Shown: positions 24,808 to 35,483, counted from the first letter of the stretch. The stretch: 64,000 nt of DNA from Aquificaceae bacterium (GCA_041640635.1 JBEPZX010000005.1:24838-88837); one strand, 5' to 3'. Notes: generated by a model from the sequence alone, not told the origin. Numbers and translations are program-made.

Positions 24808-26822
24808 GAGCTTTTGTAATTCATGGTCATTTTTATCAACCTTTTAGAGAGTGCCCCTATGTAGGCGAAATACTTATAGAACCTAGCGCTTTTCCCTTTG
24901 AAAATTGGAACGAGAGAATTTACAGAGAGTGCTATCTTCCAAACGCGTATGCACACTACAGAGTAGAAGGTAAAACCATACAGATCGTTAACAACTATAA
25001 ATACCTAAGCTTCAATATGGGATGGACTCTCCTTTATTGGATAAAGAACAAACATCCAGAACTGCTAAAAAAGATAATGGAAGGTTCAAAAAATGCTATA
25101 GCCACATCTTTCAATCACACCATACTTCCTTTAGATCCAGACGATGACAAACTCATACAGATAAAATGGGGTATAAGGGCATATAAGCACTTTTTTGGAA
25201 AGGAACCACAGGGATTTTGGCTTCCAGAGCTTGCTGTAGACAAAAAGACTCTTCAGTTGCTCTCAGATAATGGTATTAGATACACAATTTTGGCACCACA
25301 TCAAGTAATAGCGAATAACAATTTTGTGCGAGTACCACTAGAAAAAAGTTACATAGACGTCTTTGTTTACGATTCTCACCTTTCCCATCAAATCGCATTT
25401 GAAAGAGCTTTAGAAGAGGCCAAAAGGCTGCTAGATACTCTTTACAAGAAAGAAGGTCTTACAGTTATAGCCTTAGATGGTGAAACCTTTGGACACCACA
25501 AAAAGTTTGGAGAAATGGGACTAGCCTATATGTTTTTGCATTCTTCTCACTTTACCACTTTAGAAGAGTATTATACTTTGCATAAACCGGAACATAAAGG
25601 AACAATAGTCGAAAATACCTCGTGGAGCTGTGCTCACGGTATCATGAGATGGCAAGATGATTGTGGTTGCAGCACAGGTGGAGAACCAGGCTGGCATCAG
25701 AAATGGAGAAAACCTCTAAGGGAAGGTCTAGAGTATGTGAGAAGCCAACTAAAAGAAAAAGTTTACAACCAGTTGGGAAAATACCTGACAGATCCATACC
25801 AAGCTGCGCTTGACTTTGTGGATGTTATACTTGGAAAGGATAAAGAAGAATTTATAAAAGAGCATGCCAAAAAAGACCTATCTTACGAAGAAAAGGTAGA
25901 AATATTTAGATACTTAAATGCTATAAAGTATATGCAACTGGCTTTTTCTTCCGATGGATGGTTCTTTGCGGAGGTGTCCGGATTAGAAACTATCAAAAAC
26001 CTACTCTTTGTAAAGAGAGCCATAGATCTTGCCGAAATTGAGTATGCAGAAACTAGGCTTCTAGAGTATCTGCAAGAAGCACCTAGTAACATACCTCAGG
26101 TGGGAAATGGCAAGACAGTATGGGTTAAGTACGTTATCCCACAGGCTCACGAGCCTTACTCTATAGCAAAGGGTATTTACTTAATAAGCAGTTTGGATTC
26201 TATAGAAAGGAGTGGAAAACTCGGAAAATGGGAATACAGCTTCAACAAAGATAGTATAAAGCTAAAGGATACGGAAACTTTAGAGGAATTTATTTTTCAA
26301 GCCAGTTTTGACAAAAACACCAAAGATATACCAAGTATTTTTGCAAAAAGAGTACAAGAAGGTTACTTGAGAAGGTATATGGACGAGAGGGTAGCCCTTT
26401 TTGAAAATTACAAAAGTGTATATAAAGACATGTTAAAAAACTTGAAAAATATACCATCCATATTTGGGAATTACATAAGACTCGAGTATGCTAACTATTT
26501 AAGATTTAAGCTATACAAAACCATTGAGAAATGTAAGGATGTGCAGGAAATAAAAAGTATTGTAGAAGAAGCAAAAGATCTGAATATTGAATTGATAGAT
26601 GAGTATATAGCTGATGCATTGAGTTATTATGTAATGGAAAAAATTAAAAAAAGCACAGAAAAGGAAATTTTTAGTATTATTGAGTATATTCAGGAGCTAA
26701 ATGTACAAGCAAAGGATTACAAAAACGTTGTAAACTTGTGGGAAGTTCAAAATTACGTATGGGAAAATAGAAACAAATTTGCAGACAAAAACATTTTTAG
26801 ACTGCTAAACCTTGCCTTATAA
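24804..26822 (+). CDS. Glycoside hydrolase family 57 / DUF3536 protein
   Basis: HGHFYQP, GFWLPE, DGETFGHH, SWSCAHG..RW..DCGC, SDGWFF. Confidence 0.88.
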   Translation: MRAFVIHGHFYQPFRECPYVGEILIEPSAFPFENWNERIYRECYLPNAYAHYRVEGKTIQIVNNYKYLSFNMGWTLLYWIKNKHPELLKKIMEGSKNAIATSFNHTILPLDPDDDKLIQIKWGIRAYKHFFGKEPQGFWLPELAVDKKTLQLLSDNGIRYTILAPHQVIANNNFVRVPLEKSYIDVFVYDSHLSHQIAFERALEEAKRLLDTLYKKEGLTVIALDGETFGHHKKFGEMGLAYMFLHSSHFTTLEEYYTLHKPEHKGTIVENTSWSCAHGIMRWQDDCGCSTGGEPGWHQKWRKPLREGLEYVRSQLKEKVYNQLGKYLTDPYQAALDFVDVILGKDKEEFIKEHAKKDLSYEEKVEIFRYLNAIKYMQLAFSSDGWFFAEVSGLETIKNLLFVKRAIDLAEIEYAETRLLEYLQEAPSNIPQVGNGKTVWVKYVIPQAHEPYSIAKGIYLISSLDSIERSGKLGKWEYSFNKDSIKLKDTETLEEFIFQASFDKNTKDIPSIFAKRVQEGYLRRYMDERVALFENYKSVYKDMLKNLKNIPSIFGNYIRLEYANYLRFKLYKTIEKCKDVQEIKSIVEEAKDLNIELIDEYIADALSYYVMEKIKKSTEKEIFSIIEYIQELNVQAKDYKNVVNLWEVQNYVWENRNKFADKNIFRLLNLAL

Positions 26823-26830
26823 TTTCCTAA

Positions 26831-28093
26831 ATGCAAAGAACCTCCCTTATAACAGACCTTTATGAGCTTACAATGGCGCAGGTTTACTTAGAAGAAGGTA
26901 AAACAGGAAACGCCGTATTTAGCCTATTTGTTAGAAAACTACCTCCAAACAGGAACTTTTTGGTGGCTTGTGGTTTAGAAACTCTGATAAATTTTATCGA
27001 AGATTTCAAATTTGGAGATAAAGAATTAAAGTATCTCAAAGGTCTAAAGATTTTTAAACCGTCCTTTTTAGATTACCTAAAGGAATACAGATTCGAAGGT
27101 AGTATATATGCGGTGCCTGAAGGAACTATAGTGTTTCAAAACGAACCTATAGTACAAGTGGAAGCATCTTTGCCAGATGCACAGATCCTTGAAACCTTAG
27201 TTATAAATCTTATACACCTTGAGACATTAATAGCTTCAAAGGCTGCAAGGTGTTACTTATCGGCAAAGGGTAAAATTCTAGTAGATTTTGGTCTAAGGAG
27301 GGCACATTCACCACAGGCTGGAATATATGGTGCTAGAGCTTGCTATATTGCAGGCTTTAATGGGACATCCAACTTAGAAGCAGGGAAAAGATTCAACATT
27401 CCAGTTTATGGAACTATGGCGCACTCCTTTGTTATGGTGTTTGATGATGAAGAGGAAGCCTTTAGAGCTTTTTATAGACACTATCCAGATAGAACTTTAC
27501 TCTTGGTTGATACTTACGATACTGTAGAAGGTGTAAAAAAAGCTATAAAGCTATTAAAAGAAGGTAAAAAAATTGTTGGTGTAAGAATAGATAGTGGAGA
27601 TATAGCGAATCTTGCTTTTAAGGCAAGGGAATTGTTCGATAGCGAGGGATTTAATCATGTGAAGATTTTAGTGAGCGGAGGAGTAGATGAGTATGATATT
27701 CACACTTGGCTCGGTCAGGATTGCCCAATAGATGCCTTTGGTGTTGGCACAAAACTCTTAACATCTTCGGATAGTCCATACCTTGACATAGCTTACAAAC
27801 TTGTTGAGTACGAAGGAAAACCCAAATTCAAGACGAGTCCAGGGAAAGCCACCTTCCCCTACAAAAGGCAAATAATTAGATATTACAAAGATGGAATTAT
27901 GGATTATGATGAAGTAATAAAATACCAAGAAGAGGGACTTGTGGAAAAGGTAATTCAGGGCGGCACGCTAACAAAGAAGCTGCCAAGTCTCAACGAGATA
28001 AGGAATAGATTTATACACCAGTTGGAGAGCCTTCCCAATTTACTAAAAAGTCTTGAAAAAAAACAAGAATATGATGTAAGAGTTATGCAATGA
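26831..28093 (+). CDS. pncB: Nicotinate phosphoribosyltransferase
   Basis: TDLYELTM, DFGLRRAH, GTMAHS, LLVDTYD, RIDSGD, FGVGT. Confidence 0.95.
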   Translation: MQRTSLITDLYELTMAQVYLEEGKTGNAVFSLFVRKLPPNRNFLVACGLETLINFIEDFKFGDKELKYLKGLKIFKPSFLDYLKEYRFEGSIYAVPEGTIVFQNEPIVQVEASLPDAQILETLVINLIHLETLIASKAARCYLSAKGKILVDFGLRRAHSPQAGIYGARACYIAGFNGTSNLEAGKRFNIPVYGTMAHSFVMVFDDEEEAFRAFYRHYPDRTLLLVDTYDTVEGVKKAIKLLKEGKKIVGVRIDSGDIANLAFKARELFDSEGFNHVKILVSGGVDEYDIHTWLGQDCPIDAFGVGTKLLTSSDSPYLDIAYKLVEYEGKPKFKTSPGKATFPYKRQIIRYYKDGIMDYDEVIKYQEEGLVEKVIQGGTLTKKLPSLNEIRNRFIHQLESLPNLLKSLEKKQEYDVRVMQ

Positions 28094-30672
28094 TTAAAGT
28101 TTTATTGCTTCTGTTTTTCTCTTTGCCAGCTATAGCCAAGGTAGAAATAATTTCCAATTTTCCATTGCAGAAAAGTAACATTGAGAAAATTCTAAATAGA
28201 CAAAACTATACTTACATAGTGGAAATTCTAAAATCCTTAGATGTAATAAAAGGTGTACACGTTATGGAAACTGAAGAGGAAATAGTTATCTATCTGGAAA
28301 GATACCCAATCTTACAGAAGATAGACATAACCGGTAATAGGTCAATAGGGGACGATGATATAAAAGCTAGAGCTGGAATCTATGAAAGAATGCCATGGAA
28401 GGATATATCTTATGAAACTATAAAGCTACGAATAGAAGATGTTTATAGAGAGGAAGGTTTTCTAGATGCTAAAGTAAGTATTGAAGAAAAGGTATCAGAT
28501 GATGGTTATGTAGATTTAATTATCACCATAAAGGAGGGTGATATCTATTTTTATAAGGGTAGTAAGTATGAAGGTATAACACTTGATATACAAGATCTTG
28601 AGAAAGCTAGCAAATTATTTGAGGGTAGAATAGCCAAAGAAGAGGATTTTATTTTAGGTAGTTATAACATACAGGATTATTACATAGATCAAGGTTTTTT
28701 TGATGCCGTAGTTCTCTTAAAAAATGTGGAAAAACAAGTCTATTCCAAACCTTACTTTAGAGTTCTGATGCCTAAACTTGAGCAAGTTAGTAAAAATCCA
28801 TTAACCATTATGGGTTCTTTTTTTGAAGGCTTATCTAACCTCTTTAGACATCCTGTTGGAACCTTTAAAGCTCTGATAGGCAAAGGAAGATTTGCTATTC
28901 CTGTTTACAGCATTAAAGAGGGCACTTTTTACAATGTGATATTTGAGGGTAATACATTTTTTACTTACGCTGATCTTTTAAAAACTACAGAGTTTAAAGA
29001 TAAGGGTATAGATCTTTTCACATTAGAGTCCGCCAAAACTAAAGTAATAGATTTATACAAGTCTAAGGGGTTTTTCGATGTAGAAGTAAGCTATGTATGG
29101 GATAGAGATACGGTAGTATTCGACATAAGAGAAGGACAGAGATATACGTACAAAAATGGCTTTTTTGATGAAGATTTGATTAAGAAGGAGATACAAGAGA
29201 GTCTAAATCAACTTAAGAAAGAAGGCTACACTTTAGCAAGTGCCAAGTATACAGTGCTACCTATTAAAGAAGAAAAGAAAGTGGATGTTGAAATTGTTTT
29301 GGATAAGGGGAAGAGACAAATACTCAACAAGTTTTTGTACAAAGGAGATGATAAAGAGATAAAAAAGATTTTTAGAGACATAAATGACACACTGCCTGCT
29401 ATATACGACACCAACATAATAGAAAAGCTGAATACTGCTTTAAATGAGTTTTTCTTGAAAAAGGGTTATATGGATGGTGATTTCCAAATAGATGTTAGTA
29501 TAAAGGAAGATCAAGACAGTACCACGTATACTTACTTTTACCAAATAGAGAAAGGGAATGTCTACCTACTCGGTGATGATGTGTACTTTGGATCTAAGCA
29601 TACCACATTAAAGGAACTTTCTTATATGACTGTCAAATCTGAATTTTATTCTAAGGATTTAGACGATGAGACTTTATCAAACATGTTGAATACTGGTATA
29701 TTTTCTGGTGTAAAAATAGATACATTTGTGGATAAGGAAAATAAAAGAGTTTTTAGATTAATACAAGTATCTGAAGATAAGAGAGGACACTTGGACTTTT
29801 CAGTAGGTTATAATACTGAGGAAAATATCACATTTGATATAACGCTTAGTTGGAATAATCTCTTTGGTAGTGGTATAAATACTTCTACTAAATATACAAG
29901 ATCGCAAAAGAGGGAGTTATACAGTGTCAATATAATAGACAATTTCCTGTTTACTAGAAAGCTTTGGATAAAAGGATCTGCTTTCAAAAGTTTTGAGAAC
30001 CATAAAAGCTACGATCTTGATACAAAAGGAATAGCTACAAGCCTTGGCTATAGAATAGGACGCTACACTTCTATAGGTCCTTCTTTTTACGTAGCAAGCA
30101 ACAGGGTCCTTGGAAATACGTACAATATAAATAAAATCGGGGTTTTCCTCTTGAGGGACTACAGGAATGATTTATTCTTCCCTACAAGGGTACACTATGA
30201 TAGTGTTCAGCTAAGCTTTGGTATGGGAGATGTCAATTACACAAAGTTTGAGCTGCAGACATACTATCTTATACCATTGAGGAAGAGCTTTAATTTCAGC
30301 TTTAAGCTCTCTGGAGGTTACGTGAGCAAAAAAGCACCTATATTTGAAAGGTTCTTTTTAGGTGGTTTTAGAGATTTACGGGGATACGATTACGAAGAGA
30401 TAGGAAGTCCAAATGGTGGACGCTATTACAGTTTCGGCAGGTTGGAAATTGAGGCTCCTGTAAAACTTCCCATAATTGGTACATTATTTGTAGACGCAGG
30501 AAATGTAGCAGACAATTTTAAGGATGTAATAAGCAACATTAAGTGGGGCTACGGAGCAGGAATAGGAGCAAAAACGCCAATAGGACCGGTAAAACTTGAG
30601 GTGGCTTTTCCAGCTGAAGAAAGATTTTACAAAAAATTCAAGGTATATCTATCTGTAGGCTACTTCTATTAA
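28090..30672 (+). CDS. Omp85 family (BamA/TamA-like) outer membrane protein
   Basis: Signal peptide, POTRA-like repeats (Y..EGFLDA, Y..KGFFDV), FFLGGFRDLRGY lid motif, TPIGPV, aromatic C-terminus. Confidence 0.88.
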   Translation: MIKVLLLLFFSLPAIAKVEIISNFPLQKSNIEKILNRQNYTYIVEILKSLDVIKGVHVMETEEEIVIYLERYPILQKIDITGNRSIGDDDIKARAGIYERMPWKDISYETIKLRIEDVYREEGFLDAKVSIEEKVSDDGYVDLIITIKEGDIYFYKGSKYEGITLDIQDLEKASKLFEGRIAKEEDFILGSYNIQDYYIDQGFFDAVVLLKNVEKQVYSKPYFRVLMPKLEQVSKNPLTIMGSFFEGLSNLFRHPVGTFKALIGKGRFAIPVYSIKEGTFYNVIFEGNTFFTYADLLKTTEFKDKGIDLFTLESAKTKVIDLYKSKGFFDVEVSYVWDRDTVVFDIREGQRYTYKNGFFDEDLIKKEIQESLNQLKKEGYTLASAKYTVLPIKEEKKVDVEIVLDKGKRQILNKFLYKGDDKEIKKIFRDINDTLPAIYDTNIIEKLNTALNEFFLKKGYMDGDFQIDVSIKEDQDSTTYTYFYQIEKGNVYLLGDDVYFGSKHTTLKELSYMTVKSEFYSKDLDDETLSNMLNTGIFSGVKIDTFVDKENKRVFRLIQVSEDKRGHLDFSVGYNTEENITFDITLSWNNLFGSGINTSTKYTRSQKRELYSVNIIDNFLFTRKLWIKGSAFKSFENHKSYDLDTKGIATSLGYRIGRYTSIGPSFYVASNRVLGNTYNINKIGVFLLRDYRNDLFFPTRVHYDSVQLSFGMGDVNYTKFELQTYYLIPLRKSFNFSFKLSGGYVSKKAPIFERFFLGGFRDLRGYDYEEIGSPNGGRYYSFGRLEIEAPVKLPIIGTLFVDAGNVADNFKDVISNIKWGYGAGIGAKTPIGPVKLEVAFPAEERFYKKFKVYLSVGYFY

Positions 30673-31528
30673 TAACCTCTTGCATATGTTTTAATATGGG
30701 TTCTTTCAAATCCTCCCTTTGGAGAGCAAAGTCTAAAAGAGTTTTGAGATAACCAAGCGGTGTACCTGTATCGTAAACCTTTGCATCTATCTTTATGGCA
30801 TATACAACCTCTTCTTCAAGAAGAAGACGTATAGCGTCTGTTAACTGTATTTCTCCGCCTTTTCCTGGCGGTGTTAGTTTAATTTTTTCGAATATTGTAG
30901 GGGTAAAAAGGTATCTTCCAACAATCGCCAAGCTAGAAGGGGCTTCCTCAGGTTTTGGTTTTTCTATCAAATCATCTATTATGTATATGTCTTGCTCTAT
31001 AAATCTTCCTGATATTACACCATACTTATTTATTTCTTCCTTTTCTACTTCAAAAACTGCTATAACACTCTTACCAAAGCGTTTGTAAATTTCAATCATT
31101 CTTTTTACTACATTAACATCACTCTCTATTATTATGTCTCCAAGAGCTACTACAAAAGGCTCGTTTCCTACAACAGGTTCCGCTACCAGGACGGCGTGAC
31201 CTAAGCCTAACTGCTCCTTTTGTCTGATATATATGGGATTTATTAATCTGCTCATCTCCATTATGCTTTTGAGAATGTTATGTTTACCTGAGCTTTCTAG
31301 ATGTTTTTCTAAATCTGTGTTTATATCAAAGTGATGCTCTATGGGTCTTTTATGCCTTCCTGTAACGAATACCATGTTTTCTATATCAGCATGCAAACAT
31401 TCTTCCACAATAAACTGTATAACTGGCTTGTCTATTATAGGAAACATTTCTTTGGGCATGGCTTTAGTTGCTGGTAAGAATCTTGTTCCCCAACCCGCAA
31501 CAGGAAGAACGGCTTTTCTTACTTGCAT
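30638..31528 (-). CDS. galU: UTP--glucose-1-phosphate uridylyltransferase
   Basis: KAVLPVAGWGTRFLPATKAMPKEM, GLGHAV, GEIQLTDA. Confidence 0.96.
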   Translation of the reverse strand: MQVRKAVLPVAGWGTRFLPATKAMPKEMFPIIDKPVIQFIVEECLHADIENMVFVTGRHKRPIEHHFDINTDLEKHLESSGKHNILKSIMEMSRLINPIYIRQKEQLGLGHAVLVAEPVVGNEPFVVALGDIIIESDVNVVKRMIEIYKRFGKSVIAVFEVEKEEINKYGVISGRFIEQDIYIIDDLIEKPKPEEAPSSLAIVGRYLFTPTIFEKIKLTPPGKGGEIQLTDAIRLLLEEEVVYAIKIDAKVYDTGTPLGYLKTLLDFALQREDLKEPILKHMQEVINRSSLQIDIP

Positions 31529-31529
31529 A

Positions 31530-32588
31530 CTATTCCTCCTTTAGTATCTCACTCATAATTATTTTAGCAGACTCAGGATTGGCAAATTTTTTTATATTTT
31601 TTGAGTAAGAGTTTAAGTCACTCATAAGTTTTTCAAGGAACTTAACAACCTCTTCCACATTTGTATCTTTCTGCCTTAAAAGCAAAGCCCCTCCCATTTC
31701 CTGTATTTCCAAAGCATTATAGTATTGATGGTCTCTTGCAGAGTAAGGATAAGGAATAAATAAACTTGGTATGCCATAGAGAGACAGCTCAGTTATGGAT
31801 GCAGCACCCGCTCGACTTATAGCTACATCACTCGCTTTATAAATAAGCTCCATATCTCTGCTAAAAGGGAAAACAATAACATTTAGTTTATTTTGTTCAT
31901 AAAAATTCTTTACCTTCTGGTAATCCTTTTCTCCTGTGATATGGATACCTTGAAGTTCCATTTTTTTGAATAATTGCATTCCCAATTCATTTAAGAAGCT
32001 CGCCCCTTGACTTCCTCCCATAACAAGCAAAACAATATCATCCTTTAGTCCAAAAGCTTTTTTAATTTCCTTCTTATTTAAGCTTAAGCCATCCAAAAGT
32101 TTCTTTCTGACGGGTAGTCCTGTTTTAATTGTCTTTTCCTTTGGAAAGTACTTTTTTGAATACTCAAAAGTCACGAAAATCTTTTTGGCAAATCTGGAAA
32201 GTAAGGTATTTGTAAGGCTTGGTATGGAGTTTTGTTCATGTATAAAAAAAGGCGTGCGTTTTAGTATGCTAGCACATCCGAGAGATATACTTGCATACCC
32301 ACCAAAAACTATACTAGTTCCTTTTTTCACCTTAGGGTAGAGATAGAAACAGTTATTAAACAAAGAAGCTATAGCTTTTACTTTGTAAAGTACTGACTTT
32401 CCTACAAAAGGATAAGCAGGTAAGAAAATTTTTTCACTTCTAATTTGGTCTTCCAGCTTGTATTCTATACCTCTCTTTGAGCCAACAAAGACAACGTCTG
32501 AATTTAGTTCCAAAACATACTCAAGTAAAGCAAGTGCCGGAAAAAAATGCCCACCTGTGCCACCACCTGAGATAAAAATTTTTCCCAT
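31530..32588 (-). CDS. murG: Lipid II N-acetylglucosaminyltransferase
   Basis: GGGTGGHFFP, HEQNS, GGSQGA, SRAGA, DHQYYNA. Confidence 0.96.
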   Translation of the reverse strand: MGKIFISGGGTGGHFFPALALLEYVLELNSDVVFVGSKRGIEYKLEDQIRSEKIFLPAYPFVGKSVLYKVKAIASLFNNCFYLYPKVKKGTSIVFGGYASISLGCASILKRTPFFIHEQNSIPSLTNTLLSRFAKKIFVTFEYSKKYFPKEKTIKTGLPVRKKLLDGLSLNKKEIKKAFGLKDDIVLLVMGGSQGASFLNELGMQLFKKMELQGIHITGEKDYQKVKNFYEQNKLNVIVFPFSRDMELIYKASDVAISRAGAASITELSLYGIPSLFIPYPYSARDHQYYNALEIQEMGGALLLRQKDTNVEEVVKFLEKLMSDLNSYSKNIKKFANPESAKIIMSEILKEE

Positions 32589-32612
32589 TCTTTAATAGTT
32601 TAATAGTTATTG

Positions 32613-32642
32613 TTGACAAAAAAATTTTTGAGATTGTATATT
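32613..32642 (+). promoter_or_regulatory. Putative sigma70 promoter of feoAB
   Basis: TTGACA (32613-32618), 18 nt, TATATT (32637-32642); AGGAG SD downstream. Confidence 0.55.
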
Positions 32643-32665
32643 AATATTAGTTTTAGGAGAAAAGG

Positions 32666-32878
32666 ATGAAACTTGATCAAGTAAAAGAAGGGACAGTTGT
32701 TCAAATTACGAATATTGAAGGAGATGACCTAATTTTAAGAAAGGTAGAGGCTATGGGAATAAGAAAAGGTAAAAATGTTCAAGTGCTTTCTAAGCTTGGT
32801 AGGTCCATTTTACTTAAGCTTAATAACTCAAAGTTGGTCATTACAAAAGATATAGCTAAGTACATAAACGTACAGTAA
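32666..32878 (+). CDS. feoA: Ferrous iron transport protein A
   Basis: 70-aa FeoA pattern (RKVEAMGIRKG) directly upstream of feoB. Confidence 0.9.
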   Translation: MKLDQVKEGTVVQITNIEGDDLILRKVEAMGIRKGKNVQVLSKLGRSILLKLNNSKLVITKDIAKYINVQ

Positions 32879-32925
32879 TAGTACTTAATTTTATACTAAG
32901 GTTTTCAATTTTAGAGGTCAAGTAA

Positions 32926-34998
32926 ATGATAAAAATAAGAGTCGCTTTAGCAGGAAATCCAAATGTAGGCAAAACAAGCATACTCAATCATCTTGCAGGT
33001 ATTAATTTAAAGGTTGGCAACTGGGCTGGTGTAACCGTTGAAAAGAGAGAAGGTAAAGTAATTTATGAAAACTATGAGATAGAGGTAATAGACCTTCCAG
33101 GTATATACACCTTAGAACCTATATCTGAAGATGAGTGGGTAGCATACAATTTTCTAACTCAGGAAAAACCAGATGTTGTCGTAAATGTTATAGAAACCTC
33201 CAATATGGAAAGAGACCTTTTACTCACTATCGAGCTGTTGGAGCAAGAGATTCCTATGGTAATAGCTCTAAATATGATAGATGAAGCTCAGAAGTTAGGA
33301 ATAGAAATAGAAAAGGAAAGATTGGAAGAATTATTAGGTGTTCCCGTAGTAAAAGTAAACGGAAGAACAGGACAAGGTGTAAAAAATTTAGTCGAAGCAA
33401 TTATTAAGGTATACGAAAATAAGGTAAAGCCAAAAGTCATAACCTACTCAGAACCCCTGGAAAGTTACATCTTAAGAGCTTCACAGAGCGGGAAGGAATC
33501 AAAAGGTGAATTGATAAGAAAATTATCCTATTCTAAAGATGCGGTAGAAGTGAGAAAAGACCTAGAAAGAACCATAGGAAGAAAGTTTGCAGATCTAATA
33601 AAGGAAGAAAGGTTCGCCTTGGCTCATGGATTGTACAATGAAGTGGTAAAAAGAAAACCTATTACATCGAAAGATATGACAGAGCTATTAGACAAATTTT
33701 TTTTACATCCATACATAGGAATTTTTTCATTTTTATCAGTTATGTTTGTTGTCTTTAAAATAGCCTTTGATTTTTCAACACCCTTAATAGATTGGTTGGA
33801 CGGCTTTATAAATGATTTCTTAGGTCCACTAATGGATAAGGGTTTGGCTATTTTAGGTATAGGGGATTTATTAAGAAATTTCCTTGCACAAGCTTTTATT
33901 GGTGGTGTGGGATTTGTTTTGACCTTTGTCCCATTGATAGCAACTCTGTATGTATTGCTTATACTCTTGGAATTTTCTGGTTATCTCCCAAGGGTTGCCT
34001 TCATTATGGATAGATTTATGCACAAAATTGGGCTTCATGGGAAAAGTGTCATCCCTCTACTTTTGGGCTTTGGTTGCAATGTACCAGCTGTATTGGCAAC
34101 CAGAACCATGGAAAGCAAGAGAGATAAACTCTTAGTTATATCCATGATACCCTTTATGAGTTGTCCGGCAAGGCTCGTTGTATTTTCCTTTTTTGCAGCT
34201 ATCTTTTTTAAGAATCCAGCTATTGTCATATTTTTCTTATACCTACTTGGAATAGCAGCGGCTATAATAACTGCTATAATATTAAGAAATACTGTTCTCA
34301 AAGGTACAATATCCCATTTCATAATGGAACTACCACCCTATAGGTTACCAACTTTTAAGATCACGCTAAAATTAGTTTGGGCTTATCTTAAGGATTTCTT
34401 ATACAGGGCTGGAACTCTTATTTTTGCTGCCAACATAGTTATATGGCTGTTACTAACCTTACCACCAGGAGTCGAAAATCCAAAAGATAGCCTAGCTGGA
34501 AAAATAGGACAAACTATCACACCCATTTTTAAACCAATAGGGATAGATGACTGGAAAATGTCTACCTCACTAATTCCAGCCTTTTTAGCAAGGGAAATTG
34601 TTTTGGGAAGCATGGCTACCATATACGCTACAGAAGAAGAGAAAAAAGACAAAGAAATAAACATTTCACAAACTTTCAGGGAACAAATAAACTCCTTAGT
34701 TAACGCCTTCAAAATTGCCCTTTTAAATACACTAAGTCCTACTCCTAAAGCCTTTGAGGTAGAAGAGGAAGAAGATGCTCAAACATTAAGAAGCGTAATA
34801 TCCAAAACTATTAAACCTCCTACAGCGTTGTCTTTTATGGTGTTCTTGCTTATTTACACATCTTGTCTTGGAACCTTTGGGGTTATGTGGAAAGAGGTTG
34901 GTCGCAAGTTTGCTATACTCTTCTTGCTCTATAGCTTTGTTCTTGGTTGGATCTTATCCTTTATCGTTTATCATGTAAGTAAGCTATGGATTACTTAA
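32926..34998 (+). CDS. feoB: Ferrous iron transport protein B
   Basis: GNPNVGKT, GNWAGVTVE, DLPG, NMID, GFGCNVPA, MSCPARL, FIMELPPY. Confidence 0.97.
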   Translation: MIKIRVALAGNPNVGKTSILNHLAGINLKVGNWAGVTVEKREGKVIYENYEIEVIDLPGIYTLEPISEDEWVAYNFLTQEKPDVVVNVIETSNMERDLLLTIELLEQEIPMVIALNMIDEAQKLGIEIEKERLEELLGVPVVKVNGRTGQGVKNLVEAIIKVYENKVKPKVITYSEPLESYILRASQSGKESKGELIRKLSYSKDAVEVRKDLERTIGRKFADLIKEERFALAHGLYNEVVKRKPITSKDMTELLDKFFLHPYIGIFSFLSVMFVVFKIAFDFSTPLIDWLDGFINDFLGPLMDKGLAILGIGDLLRNFLAQAFIGGVGFVLTFVPLIATLYVLLILLEFSGYLPRVAFIMDRFMHKIGLHGKSVIPLLLGFGCNVPAVLATRTMESKRDKLLVISMIPFMSCPARLVVFSFFAAIFFKNPAIVIFFLYLLGIAAAIITAIILRNTVLKGTISHFIMELPPYRLPTFKITLKLVWAYLKDFLYRAGTLIFAANIVIWLLLTLPPGVENPKDSLAGKIGQTITPIFKPIGIDDWKMSTSLIPAFLAREIVLGSMATIYATEEEKKDKEINISQTFREQINSLVNAFKIALLNTLSPTPKAFEVEEEEDAQTLRSVISKTIKPPTALSFMVFLLIYTSCLGTFGVMWKEVGRKFAILFLLYSFVLGWILSFIVYHVSKLWIT

Positions 34999-35078
34999 TA
35001 ATCGTTGCCTTCCTCTTTATAATTTTAGGTATTTACTTACGTAGAAGAAAAAGGAAAAGATCTTGTTGTGATGTATAA
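34986..35078 (+). CDS. 30-aa small membrane peptide, FeoB-associated Cys-rich type
   Basis: Manual translation MDYLIIVAFLFIILGIYLRRRKRKRSCCDV: one TM helix, basic stretch, CC tail; overlaps the feoB stop and the Nudix start. Confidence 0.7.
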   Translation: MDYLIIVAFLFIILGIYLRRRKRKRSCCDV

Positions 35079-35469
35079 AACAGAACATTCGGCAGGAGGA
35101 GTTCTCTTTAAGGAAAAGAGTGTGCTTCTGATATTGAATTTTTCAAGTAAATGGACATTTCCAAAGGGGTTAGTAGAAGAGGGTGAGAGCGCCCAAGATA
35201 CAGCTATAAGAGAGGTTTACGAAGAAACGGGCATAAAAGGTAGAGTTATCGGGTATTTAGGGAAAATTCAATATTGGTATGTTTGGGAGGGGATTAAAAT
35301 CAAAAAAACTGTCGACTATTTCCTAATGGAGTATGTAGAAGGTGAAATAAAACCTTCCTTTGAAGTAAAGGATGCTGCCTTTTTTCCTTTAGATAAAGCT
35401 AAAGAACTTTTAACATATAAAGGGGATAAGCAAGTTTTTCAAAAAGCTATATTAGCTCGGGGTGTCTAA
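35071..35469 (+). CDS. Nudix hydrolase (Ap4A hydrolase-like)
   Basis: SAGGV, WTFPKG and Nudix box GLVEEGESAQDTAIREVYEETG. Confidence 0.9.
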   Translation: MYKTEHSAGGVLFKEKSVLLILNFSSKWTFPKGLVEEGESAQDTAIREVYEETGIKGRVIGYLGKIQYWYVWEGIKIKKTVDYFLMEYVEGEIKPSFEVKDAAFFPLDKAKELLTYKGDKQVFQKAILARGV

Positions 35470-35483
35470 AATAAGGTTTAACT

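Noticed and set aside
32619..32650. Possible Fur box over the feoAB promoter
   Set aside because: Biologically expected, but the best inverted repeat matches only about 4-5 of 7 positions in very AT-rich DNA.
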